Below are positions 47,501-59,500 of a stretch of DNA of 64,000 nucleotides, piece after piece. The translations under genes and the position numbers were made by a program. Position 1 is the stretch's first letter. Every line of letters begins with the position of its first letter. The notes beneath the pieces are model-generated. The model ran no database searches, was not told where the DNA came from, and worked only from the letters and a program-made list of their open reading frames with translations. The stretch is from Camelus dromedarius (lineage: Eukaryota): assembly GCF_036321535.1 (NCBI RefSeq), contig NC_087437.1, forward strand, positions 5,208,001-5,272,000, given 5' to 3'.

Positions 47501-50500
47501 TGATTATATTGCAAGCCCACCCCTCCTGCCTGTCTTGTTGTGTTTGCTTTATGTCTTTAATTTTGGAAGATCTTTTCTCATAGGTTCCAGTCTTTATCAG
47601 TGGTCATTCTGAAGTTGTGATTTTGTGTTCATGAGAGCAGGTGAGCTCCGGCTCCTTCTGCTCTGCCATCTTGGCCATCACCTAGCTCTTCTTTAATTCT
47701 TCTTCTGAATAATGTTTTCAGTGTACAAATTATACTGCTTTTTAAAAATTTATTCCTATTTATTATTTCTGTGCTATTATAAATAGAATTCCTTTTCTTA
47801 ATTTCACAGATTGTTCATTGCTACTGTGTAGAAATACAGTTTTTTGTTATTATATCCTGCAACTTTAAACTTACTAATGGTAATATATTAATAGCAAATT
47901 CCTTAGGATTTTTTAAGATGTTATGTCATCTGCAATTTCTTTCTAATCTGGATGTCTTTTATTTCATTTTGTTGCTTAATTGCTTTGGCTAGAACCCCTA
48001 GTACATTTCTACTCAGCATTTCTACTCGGAGCTAAGGGGGATATTTTCAGCCTTTCACCATTAAATATGATGTTAGCTGTAGATACTGTGTAGTTGCCTT
48101 TATCAAGTTGAGGAAGTTACCATTTATTCCTGGTTTGTTGAGTGTTTTTATTATGCAAGGATGTAGAATTTTGTCAAATGCCTTTTCTGTACCTATTGAG
48201 ATGATCACATGGGTTTCATCCTTTATTCTGTTAAACAGTTTATTCGATTGATTGATTTTCATATGTTAAATGAATCTTGTATTCCTGGGATTTTTTGCAT
48301 CTATGTTCACAGGGGATAATGATCTATAGTTTCTTTTTTTCTCATTTTTTTAATTGAGTTAGTTTACAATGTATCAATTTCTGATGTACAGCACAATTTT
48401 TCAGTCATACATGAATGTACACATATTCGTTTTCATATTCTTTTTCACCATGAGCTACCACAAGATCTTGTATATATTTCCCTGTGCTATACAGTATAAA
48501 CTTGTTCATGTATTCTATATATACCTGTCAGTATCTACAAATCTCAAATTCCCAGTCTGTCCCTTCCCAACCCTCTTCCCCCCTGGCAACCATAAGTTTG
48601 TATTCTGTGTCTGAGTCTGCTTCTGTTTTATGTTTAAGTTCATTTGTCTTTTTTTTTTTTTTTTTAAGATTCCATGTATGAGTGATATCATGTGGTATTT
48701 TTCTTTCTCTTTCTGGCTTTCTTCACTTAGAATAATATTCTCCAGGGACATCCATGTTGCTGTAAATGGCATTATGTTGTCATTTTTATGGCTGAGTAGT
48801 ATTCCATTGTATAAATATACCACAGCTTCTTTATCCAGCCATCTGTCAGTGGACATTTAGGTTGTTTCCATGTCTTGGCTATTGTAAATAGTGCTGCTAT
48901 GAACATTGGGGTGCAGGTGTCTTTTTGAATTAAGGTTCCCTCTGGATATATGCCCAGGAGTGGGATTGCTGGGTCATATGGTAAATCTATTTTTAGTCTT
49001 TTGAGGAATCTCCATACTGTTTTCCACAATGGCTGTACCAAACTGCATTCCCACCAGCAGTGTAGGAGGGTTCCCTTTTCTCCACACCCTCTCCAGCATT
49101 GATCATTTGTGGACTTTTGAATGATGGCCCTTCTGTCTGGTGTAGTTTTGATTTGCATTTCTCTGATAATTAGTGACATTGAGCATTTTTTCATTTGCCT
49201 GTTGGCCATTCGTCTTCATTGGAGAATTGCTTGTTTAGGTCTTCTGCCCATTTTTGGATTGGGTTGTTTGTTTTTTTCTTTTTAATTTGTATGAACTGTT
49301 TATATATTCTGGAGATCAAGCCTTTGTCAGTTTTATCTTTTGCAAATATTTTCTCCCATTCCGTAGGTTGTCATTAATGGTTTCTTTTCTTGTGATATCT
49401 TTGTCTGGTTTTGGTATAGGGTAATACTGAAATAGAATGAGTTAAGAAGTGTTCTAAAGTTTTGGGGGAAGAATTTGAACGACTAGCATTAATTCTTCTT
49501 TAAGTGTTTGGTAGAATTCACCATCTGGACTTACCCTTTTTTTTGTGGGAGGTTTAAAAATTACTAATTCAATCCATTTACTTGTTATGGGTCTGTTCAG
49601 ATTTTCTTCTTCTTCTTGAATCCAGTTGGGTAGTTTGTGCTTTTCTAGGAATGCATTCATTTCATGTAAGTTACCTAATATTTTGGTCTTACAGTTGTTC
49701 ATAGACTTCCTTTATATATATATGTATGTATTTTTTTTTGTAAGGCTGGTGATAACATCCCGTATTTCATTCTTGATTTTAGTAATTTCATCTTTTCTCC
49801 TTTTTTTCTTGGGCACTCTAGCTAAAAGTTTGTCAGTTTTGTTTATTTTGTTACCGACTTTAAAATTGTTTCAACAGTTTAATTTATTTGCTTTTCTTTG
49901 TAGGGTTGATTTCTTCATCCCAGGAGTATCTGTGGTTGGTGGGTTCTCCATATGCTCCAGCCCTAGACTGCTAGAACAAGACAGAATGATAGACTTGGCA
50001 GTGAAGTATACGAACCACCCTCCTGCTCTCTGGGTTCACAATCAGGTGAGCAAGCCTCTGTGTAAACTTGGAGATCTGGGCTCTCTGCCTCCCACAAAAT
50101 CTGTGTTCAGCTCACTTAATCCACCTAAGGAACAAAGGCTTGAGTGATGGGGCTTATGCTCCCAGAGGACTCTTGTGCAGCCAGAACTCAGACTCCAGAA
50201 AGGTTAAAGTATCAGGATCTTCTTGATGCACTGAGGATGATGCAGAGATGCTCTGGGGCCTGGAAGTACCTTCTGGGTCACCAGACAGTATTCAGTTGAT
50301 TTCCTCCTTTAGGATTAAAACATTTTGCTTTATATGTAAGTTTTTGAAAATTGGCTTTCTGTATATCCTATAAATGGTATATCTATAAATCAGATTATTT
50401 TGTCCTAATCCACCTACATAAAGGGAATTAAGCTATCATTCTGTCATCATTTAGAGGGGAAACGATCTCTGATTACTTACTTCTCATGCCCAGAGAGTGG

Positions 50501-53500
50501 TGCCACTGCCTGTCCGTTTCAGTCTCCAGAGAGCTCTTCACACGTGATTCTGAGCAGGAGTCCACATTTGCTGCTGACAACTCATGCTTCCCTGTGGGAC
50601 TCAGCACAGCCCTACATGAGCTCAGAACAGATCAGTTACTTGTCTTCTTAGTTTTTGACCCTTGTCCCTTTTACTGCCATCCCCTTCGCTTCCAGCATGT
50701 GCTTCTGTACTTGCCAATAACCTCCACCCCATCCCAGGCACCTTCTTGTCCCCTTTACCACAAAGGAATGTACCAGGACAAATACCGTAGATACAGATAA
50801 GCTGATTTTTAAATTTATGTGGATGGGCAAAGGAGCTAGAATAGCAAAAAGTTTTGAAAAAGGAGACTAAAGTGGGAGGAATCACGTTACTCAAATTTAA
50901 GATTAAAATAAAGCTGCAGGAATCAAAATAATGTGGTATTGATGAAAGGATAGAATGTAGATCAATGGAACAAAGAGTTCGGAAATAGACTGACACACCA
51001 CTGGCCTTTTTTTTTTCTTCAAATGGAGGTACTGGGGGATGGAAGCCGGCACCTCATGCATGCTAAGCACGTGCTCTACCACTGAGCTCTGCCCACCCCG
51101 CTGGCCTTTTGATTTTTGACAAAGATGCTAAAGAAAGTCAATGGATAAAGAGTAACCTTTTCAACAAATAATGCTGGAACAATTGTCTATTCATATGCAA
51201 AAAAAGAACCTTGACCTAAATCTCATACTTTATATTCAAAGTTAACTCAAAATATGTTGTAGGTGTAAGTATAAAATGTGAAACTAGAAAGGTTTTAGAA
51301 GAAAGCATAGGAAAGAAATATTCTGAACTGGAGGGTAGGCAGAGTCCTTAGACCTGACACCCAAAGCAAGATCCATAAAAGGGATGGTTTATGTATTTGA
51401 CTTAATCGAAATCAAAACTTTGCAAAATACACTGTTAACAGAATTTTTAAAAACAAGCTATAGACTAGGAAAAATATTTGCAAATTAGATGTCCAGCAAA
51501 GGACTTGTATCCAGAATACATAAAGAACTCTCAAAAGTCAGCAAAAAGAAAACAGCACAGTTTTACAAGGGGCAAAGGGACTGAACACACACTGCATGAG
51601 AAAGGACATCAGGATAGCGAACAAGCAGTGGAACGGTGCTCGACGTCATTAGGGAGTTGCAGATTATAGCCACACACAGTGGAATACCTCTGCAGACCCG
51701 TTAGGCTGACCAACATTAAAAATATCCACACCACCAAGCGCTGCCAAGGACGTGCAGCAACTGGAACTCTGACGCTGCTTATGTTTCCACAGGAGTGCAG
51801 GACACCACAGCCATTCTAGCAAATGTTTTGGCAGTTTCCTAGGAAATTCAGTATACACTTACCGTGATACCCAGCAGTACCACTCCTAGGTACTCATACT
51901 ATAGAAGTCAGACAGCTGCTCTCTGAAAACCTGTACGTGAGTGTTTATAGTGGTTCTGTTCGTAATTGGCAAAAACCAGAAACAACCCAAATGTCACTCA
52001 GTGGGTGACTGGGTAAAACTGTGATACACTCACGCAGTGTGTACTGTGCTTCACTTCAGTGCGCTTTGCAGACAAATGAGTTTTTTTTTAACTGAAGGTT
52101 TGTGGCAACCCTGCAATGTCAGATGATTGTTAGCATTTTTTTTAGCAAAGTATTTTTTAAATTAAGGTATGTATATTGTCTTCTTAGACATTGCGCCCAT
52201 AATATTCATTTTAGACACAACACTATTATTGCACACTTAATAGACTGCGGTACAGTGTGAACTTTTATGTGAACCTGGGAAACCAAAAGATTGACTTGAC
52301 TTACTTTATCTCAGTGGTCTGGAACCAGACGCGCAGTACCTCCCAGGTCCGCCTGTGTTGTTAGTTAGCAGTAAAAAGAGATGAACTGTGGATGCTCACA
52401 GCAGTGTGGGCCAGTCTCTGTGGTGTTCTGCTGAGGGAAAGAAGCCAGTCTCAAAGGCTATATTCTCTGTAATCCCATTTATGCCACAATCTGGAAGACA
52501 AAAATATGATGATGGAAACAGATCAGTGGTTAGGGCGGGGGTGGGGGGATGTGAGCAGAAAGGGACGGCACATGGGAGTTTGGGGTGATGGGACTGTTCA
52601 GTATCTTGATTTTGGTGGTAGGTACACTTCCCTATGTCTGTGCTAAAATTCACAGAACTGTACAACAAAATAAGTGTTACTTTAAGGTACCTTAAACAGT
52701 AAAGGATGTCTGAATCTATAGCAGCGAAAAGAATATATATTCTTCTTATAGTTTACATGTCGAGTTGTGTCTGTTTACACATTTCCAGCTGCTTGCTTTA
52801 TTATTTCCATTGTAAACGTATCCTGTCACGTTTTTCCCTCTGACCTCTGCGTCTTCCCTTTGGCGTGGTCTCAGCAGCCTCACTCCTCTCGAGACGCTGT
52901 TTGGATTTTCCGCCCATCACTGTCTCTAGGCTGCATCCTGTGTCAAAGTGTTACCCTAGAGGTGGGACCAGCAAGGGGTCCATGTGCCCAGCTCCTAGTG
53001 CCACGAGCCCCCTCCAGTCGTCAGCTGCCTGTGAGACCGTTGACCTGGCCCTGCTCCAGAGTGCCCTGCTTGGTTTCATGCCTCATTGGCACGTCAGTGA
53101 GGGAGCTATTACTGAATGCAGGGTCGAGGCCCCACGCACCGTGAGGCCAAACCGAAACATTGGAGTTTGGAGCAGAGGAAGGCGAACGGGTAGCTCGTGC
53201 CCCAAACACCCCAAGCTCCCTCGTAGGGTTCTAGCTGAGCCTTTTTAAAGGCCAGGTGAGGAGGGGCGTCCCGGGATCTATGATCAGCTTCGCACAGTTC
53301 CCTGATTGATAGTGCTCGGCCCTTAGGCGCCAGAAGGTCCGGGGTCTCACGATCATCATGTAGTTAATATCTTCCCTTTGGTGGTGGTTTTAGCATCTGA
53401 AAGCCTTAGGCAATACCCATGAGATGCTATTATCTGAGTCCTTCAGGGAGGAGCTGCAGCAGAGGATGTGGGGGAAGGGCCTGTCCTGGGAAGGCACCCA

Positions 53501-56500
53501 GGTATCCTGTCACATTTGGTCACAGGTCCCCCTTTTCCTGGAGCCCTCTCGGTCTTAAGGCGAACAGGTGAGGGGCAGGAAGGGGAGTGATGTTTTGGAT
53601 AGGTTCGTCATCAGCTCGGCAGAGGCACTCGCTTTCAACCTCGAATCCTGTTCCATCCTCCCCTGATCTGTCAGGGGACCGGGTAACGACTGCTCTGGCT
53701 ACTTCCTGCTGAAACGGGGTGCAGTCCTACCTTGATTGGGGAGTGGGTACCAAATTGGAAATATCCCCAAGTTCCAAGTCCGGGATCCGAGCCTTGTATG
53801 ATTAAGCTCATTCCCTGAGGAATTCAGGAGAATAAGCCTGAAGACCAGTCTGGACCTGGCACTTGGAAGCCAGGTAACCAGTTGTCTACTTTTATTTGAG
53901 TAGCTTTTAACTTTTGATGTACTAACATAGGCATAACAAGAGCTGTTGGCCACTGTGCGTGTCTCCTTTTTTCTGCTAACATCTGATCTAAAGCAATTTT
54001 ATTGTCTGAAAATTTAGTAGTTATAAGAGGAGACCTTGAGGTCGTAAGGTTGCAGCTGCCACCTGCCAGCAGACACTGCTTTGAGAATGGCTGGTGGCAT
54101 CCTGAGTCTGACACAGCTCAGAGATTTCGAGTTCTCAACAATACAGGAACGTGTCTGAGATCACCCACAGTGGCCACCTAGGTTTACCTCAGAGGTCTGA
54201 ACCACAGCTACTCCATTTCTGACTTTCAAGTGCAGGCCCCTCCTCAAGGCCAAAGCAGGTGTGCAGTGCCTGTCCAAAAGGCCGTGAAAACAGGCCACTT
54301 TGGTCAGCAAAGTTTAAGTCAAACCATGCATAAGCCAGAATGACTTCCTCATACCTCTGTATGTGCAGACTTCCCCGTTTGTTTCCTCTTTCGATTACTA
54401 ATCTTTCAGTAGAAAGCACTGATGATCAAAATATCTGTCCCTTGAAGCTGAAGTGATGGCTCCTGTCCCAGGTCCAGATAATGTCCCTCGGTGCCAGGCC
54501 TCCGTTACATTTGCCTGGTTATCCATGTTGGGGGAAAACAAACCAGATAAGGTGAACAGGCTCAGAGGTATGTTAACAGGCAAACCCTTTACAGGCCATA
54601 CATTTTATCACTTACACCCAGTTGTCACACAGGCATCGTACATGTGCTTTTAGCAGCAGACTTAAAGCACGCAGTGGTACACATCATGAGTAGTTACCGT
54701 CTATGACAGCTCCAGTAGACAGTTCTCTTTCTGTCCTAAACATTGGGGGCAATATTGATAGGGAGACAAACATCTGGTGAACAGTTTAATTAAAAAAAAA
54801 AGATCAAAAGCCAATAGTATTTCAGACAACCGGATAATTATAACCGTATTCATCAGTTCACTCAGTCTTACGTAATTAATCCATTTACTAAGTTTTATGA
54901 AATCAGAGTTTTCCTTAGACTTTGAAAGTCTCTTACCGAGCTCAGCAATATGATTGAAGAGAGACCTGTACTTGTCAGAGTCCCTTTTATGAATCTTCTT
55001 GAAGATGAAGCAGTTTCGCAAAGCACCTGCTTAACTGTGAGTGATGAAAGACTGAAAAAGGCAAGGTGAAAGATCTGATTACAGTGTTTTTGACAAAGAA
55101 CTTAATCAAGTTGCCATGGCATACAACATTCTAAGATAACAGCCAGAATTATGACTTACAGCATTATGCCAGGACACATCCAAACTTCAGAAACTCTGTG
55201 TAATTTCTCACATATCTATATTAATAGCATTTATCCATACCATATAATCTGAGGAGGCTTAACACTCATTTGATAACGCTTCCCATGTAATTTAACATAC
55301 CAGTCAATCCTAGTTAGTTTAATTATTTTTCTCTGAGATGCCTCAGGGGCTCTTTGAAGCATCCCAAAGTTAGCTGAAGTCAAAAGAACGTTAATTAGAA
55401 TTTGATAGGAAGTTTGTCAAAATAATCAAAAAGTTACACACATTTGTTATCAGAGGCATTCTAAGTAAACTTGTTCTCTTACAGAGGAACCAGATCTAGT
55501 CCTGCACCAGCCTACTTTTAATAACAAAATCCGTTTATCTAATTAAGTTTAATCCAATCTCAGCCTGACCATGCACAGAACTGCTTTTTTAGGGCCCCCT
55601 TTCCACAACTTTCTGTATCCATATTAGTTTGTCCCTTATTTTTTTCCCCCATCTAGAAACAACCACATCACTTTCTTTTCCCTCAACAAAATGCAACTCC
55701 ATTCCTCAGTTTCTTAGTCAAAATATATATCCTACTTTCCTACTGTATACTGAAATGTTTTCTCCATTATTTTCAGTAGCTTTCATTACATATTTAAATT
55801 TGAATCCTCAACTCTTAAAAATCTTAATTTCTAGTGAATGTCTCAGCGTCTTACTTTGGTCGGGAATGACGTATTCAACTATTTGATAAACTTCCATCAT
55901 TTAACTTAATTTAGCACAACTCTAAAATTTCAAGTTACCAGATGTCTTGGAGAGATCATTTTTAAGTAGACATGTCTAAAACATAACCATTTCTAAGGAG
56001 TTCACCCAAAGCTCTTAAATCTTTTGCATTTAATTTCACCTGTAATAATTTCATCATACCAAGTTGGTCATTTCTTTCTGCTGACGAACTCTGCATCAGA
56101 AACGTGAACTTACTGACCTTCAGTAACCCTAGTTACCGCAAGAGACATGTCTGTACTGATCATATCAACAAGCCTAAGCTAGTTCTAATATCAGGTGTCA
56201 GTGCAATATTAAATATTTCCTAGGTCACATGAGCCTTTAATTTGTTGTCTAGCTGCTTCTGTACTTAAAAGTGTTTACTAATTAAATACTCTTAAGTCAA
56301 TTAAATAGAGCTCATTCACAAGTTATTTTCTTTAAGTGAAGACAGAACCAGAGATCTCATAGTTTTTCCACCTGAGTTCAAAAAACCCTCTTTCCTTGAG
56401 AGCCCAGGTAAATCATTACATCTCAAAGGCATAGGAAGAGAAATGCAAAACCCTTTTACAAAACCCCACCACCTTGGCTATCTTTGGGGATTTTTTTTTT

Positions 56501-59500
56501 CCAGTTCCCAAATATCCACTTCAGTTTAAAGAAATAACAGTAGTAGACTATATCTATATAGATATATCTATATAGATGTAGTTACATAGATATAACCACA
56601 CTCTCACACTCACATGCAAAACCAGGGAGAGAACAGGATTTGAACTCAGGTACCGAAACCTCCTCACTCGCTCACACACTCTCTCTCTCACGTACATACA
56701 CTCACACTCAAGGTAAAAGCCAAACTGCAAGCCGCCCACTTTGCTGTAACAGCGGAGCCACTAGGGCCACTGTTCTCCAGATCTCAGGGAGTCCTGAGCC
56801 CACACAGTTAAATTAAAAAATTTTTTTTCTTTCATTTATGAGAGCATAACTGAAGATCTACCAGTTTTGTAAAATACAGCCTTAGGGAATATAAGGTGGA
56901 ACAGAGCTCTGATCATTCATCCTCATTATTCACTGATGTTATCAGACCTCAAGCAAACAATAGTTCAAAACGGTCTCTCAGGGTCACAGTTCCTTAGACC
57001 CAAAAAGGGAAACTCCTGACCAGTGCCCCATCAGAGACGAAGCTGAATGAAAGACCAAGGCTAAAAAGGGAACATCCCGATGGATGCTCTGCCCCAGGCG
57101 AGGCCAACGCAAGAGGGAGGACACACATGAGCCAGATACTTAAAGACATCTCAGCCGGCCAGTGCAAGTGCTGACACACACACCCCAAACATGTTGCCGT
57201 AAACAGAAGCTCAGATGAGATGTAGCCCCCCAATTCCACTTCCTCTCCCAGACAGAGGCTCCACAGTGGCCCTGCTCCCGAAAGAGAACGGACCCAGCAG
57301 GGCTCCCAGTGAGCCCAGAATGACCCACTTTCCAGGAGGGAAGGAGCCCGGGTGGAGCAGGGAGAATCTTCCATCCTGCACAGCCGGAGTGGCTCACCCC
57401 AAAACCAGACACACACACACAAACAGCAGATAAGGTTTGGTCACACAGATAAGAGGGGAAGTGTCGCCTAAAAATTCCACTTCCACCCCCAGACGAGGCC
57501 TCCAGACGGGTGGGCCTGGCTCTCAGAGGGCCAGGGACCCGGAGGGGCTCACGATGAGCCCGGGGCAGCTCCCTTAGCGGAGGGACCGAGCCCAGACAGA
57601 GTGGGGAGGGTTCCCGGCCCGTGCGAGCTGGAGACACTCACCCCTGGAGACACTGAGTGTGGATGCAGTTCCAGGCGGTTCTTGGCTCCAAACAGCCTCG
57701 TCCCAAGGCAGACTTGAACTCAGTGAGAGTCCCTCCTGGTTCCCGGAGCAAAGTGAGCTCCTGCCTCTACTGAGACCCAGGGAAGGAGCTGCCCTCGGCC
57801 GGGGCCGACCCTCCCTAGGCTCAGGCTCCCCGCTGGCTTCCCCGAAACTGCCTGAACATGAGTCCATGTGCCCCATGCATGGTGAGGCCAAACAAACCGA
57901 AATGCTGGAGTTTGCAGCAGAGAAACATTCACTGCTGGGCCGAGCAAGGAGAATGGGTGGCTTGTGCCCAAAACCCTAACCGCCCCCACCAACAGTTCCA
58001 GCTGAGACCTTTTAAAGGCTCTGTTGAGGAAGGGCGTCCCAGGGTCTGTGACCAGCTGTGCACAGTTCTGATTGGTCGATGATGGTCAGTCCTTAGGTGC
58101 CTGGTCTGGGGTCATGTGCTCTTGATCATCATGTTAATTTCTCCCACCTGGTGGTGGTTTTCAGCATCTGAAAAACGCAGGAAATAGTCATGATATACTA
58201 TTACCTGGGTCCTTCAGAGAGGAGCTGCAGCAGAGGACATGGGGGAGGGGTCTGTCCCAGGAAGGGCCCCCAGGGTCCTGCTGGGTTGCAGAACTTACTC
58301 TGAGAGGCTGTAGGAAATCTCCAAGTGGCATTGCTTGAATGCACATCCTAATTGTAGTGCCTGCTCCACTCTGCTCAGGGGGAGTTGCATGCAGCCTTAT
58401 GGAGTCAAATTTTTCTTCGAACCATTCTTACTTGGCTGTTTTCCTTCTGGGGATTTGCCTTATTTAAGCTATTAGAGTGGACAATAAAGACATGTGAGTG
58501 TCTATGTGGCAGCAGGCCACTCTGTTGGGATGGAGAATAAAGTGCCTTAAATGTCTTCCTTCCTTTTATCTGCCTTGGCTCAAGCTCCTGGCAGGGTAAA
58601 GGGTTCTAGGCAGCTATTGTGTGCCGGGCTCCAGTGGCTTTGGAAAAGCTGTTGATTTCCCAGGGAAAATCTATACTCAAATCAGATACATCGCTGTGTA
58701 ATTGATGGTCATGTCCCTTTCCTCACTTCCATTTTATACTGTCTGGTACTCTGAGTCTTGTGTTCACGCTACCCTGGCAGTTTTTATTGATCAACAAAAG
58801 ACAAAGATGGCTTTTGATTCTTACCAGATGCTAGCAAATTAGGAGAGAGATCTATGGAAGATTATTTTGTCACTAAGGAGACAACAGGCTTCTTGAGTGT
58901 TATCTTTCCCCGGGGGCCCATTTTCTTGCCAAACTTTAGGGTCGAAAATACTCTGGTTTCTAAAAACAATAACCTAAAGTGTTTGTTGTCATTACTAAGC
59001 GTGCTAACACAACCACTGGAGAGAATTATTTTCTCTCTCGTTTCTTAGCCTCTCTCACGCTGAGATTCTTAGAGATAAAGAGAGAAATATACAGGCAAAG
59101 AAGAAGAGGACAGGGGTAGAGAGATTAAATCCCATCTCATCATTCGGCAGAGCTTCCCGGACCACAAGATTTCTGTTTTCCAGACTTGAAAGGGTGGAGT
59201 GTATTAAACCACTCTGGTATAGCCCGTGTGGTGAGTCCTAGTTTGTAGTTATTCCTAACAGAAGGCTCCCTTGGTGCTATTGTATTTTGTCAGAAATGAA
59301 AACCCACTTAACCATCCTTCGTGTGAAACTCTCCTACGTATTTAAAACAGTTGAGTTCAGATGGGGTTTTTTTCCCCTCAGAGGAAGGTGTTCCATTCAT
59401 TTAACAGTTCTTTACCCAAAAGGACCTGTTCCGTGAATTCAAATAATTTCCCTTTTTTCTTAGATTTTCTCTAAAATTAACTCTAAGTTTGTAGAGCCCT

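Larger units (their letters stand above)
42600..49850 (-). mobile_element. Old L1M element (3'UTR plus ORF2 remnants) interrupted by two younger L1s
   Basis: 3' end tttttattgagataac...; continuous antisense L1 sequence resumes at 47699 and 49389 after each insertion. Confidence 0.8.
50795..52680 (+). mobile_element. Old L1M 3' fragment, sense strand, containing a SINE and a Tigger element
   Basis: 'ctgatttttaaatttatgtgg...ctagaatagc...cttttcaacaaataatgctggaacaattg...aaacaacccaaatgtc'. Confidence 0.8.

Noticed and set aside
49626..50147. 173-aa ORF as a standalone hydrophobic protein
   Set aside because: It is antisense L1 and intron sequence reading through OXNAD1 coding exon 4; only 49904-50045 is supported
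53699..54660. Intact or domesticated env (syncytin-like) gene
   Set aside because: Frameshifts, stops and a decayed CX6CC motif; no long ORF
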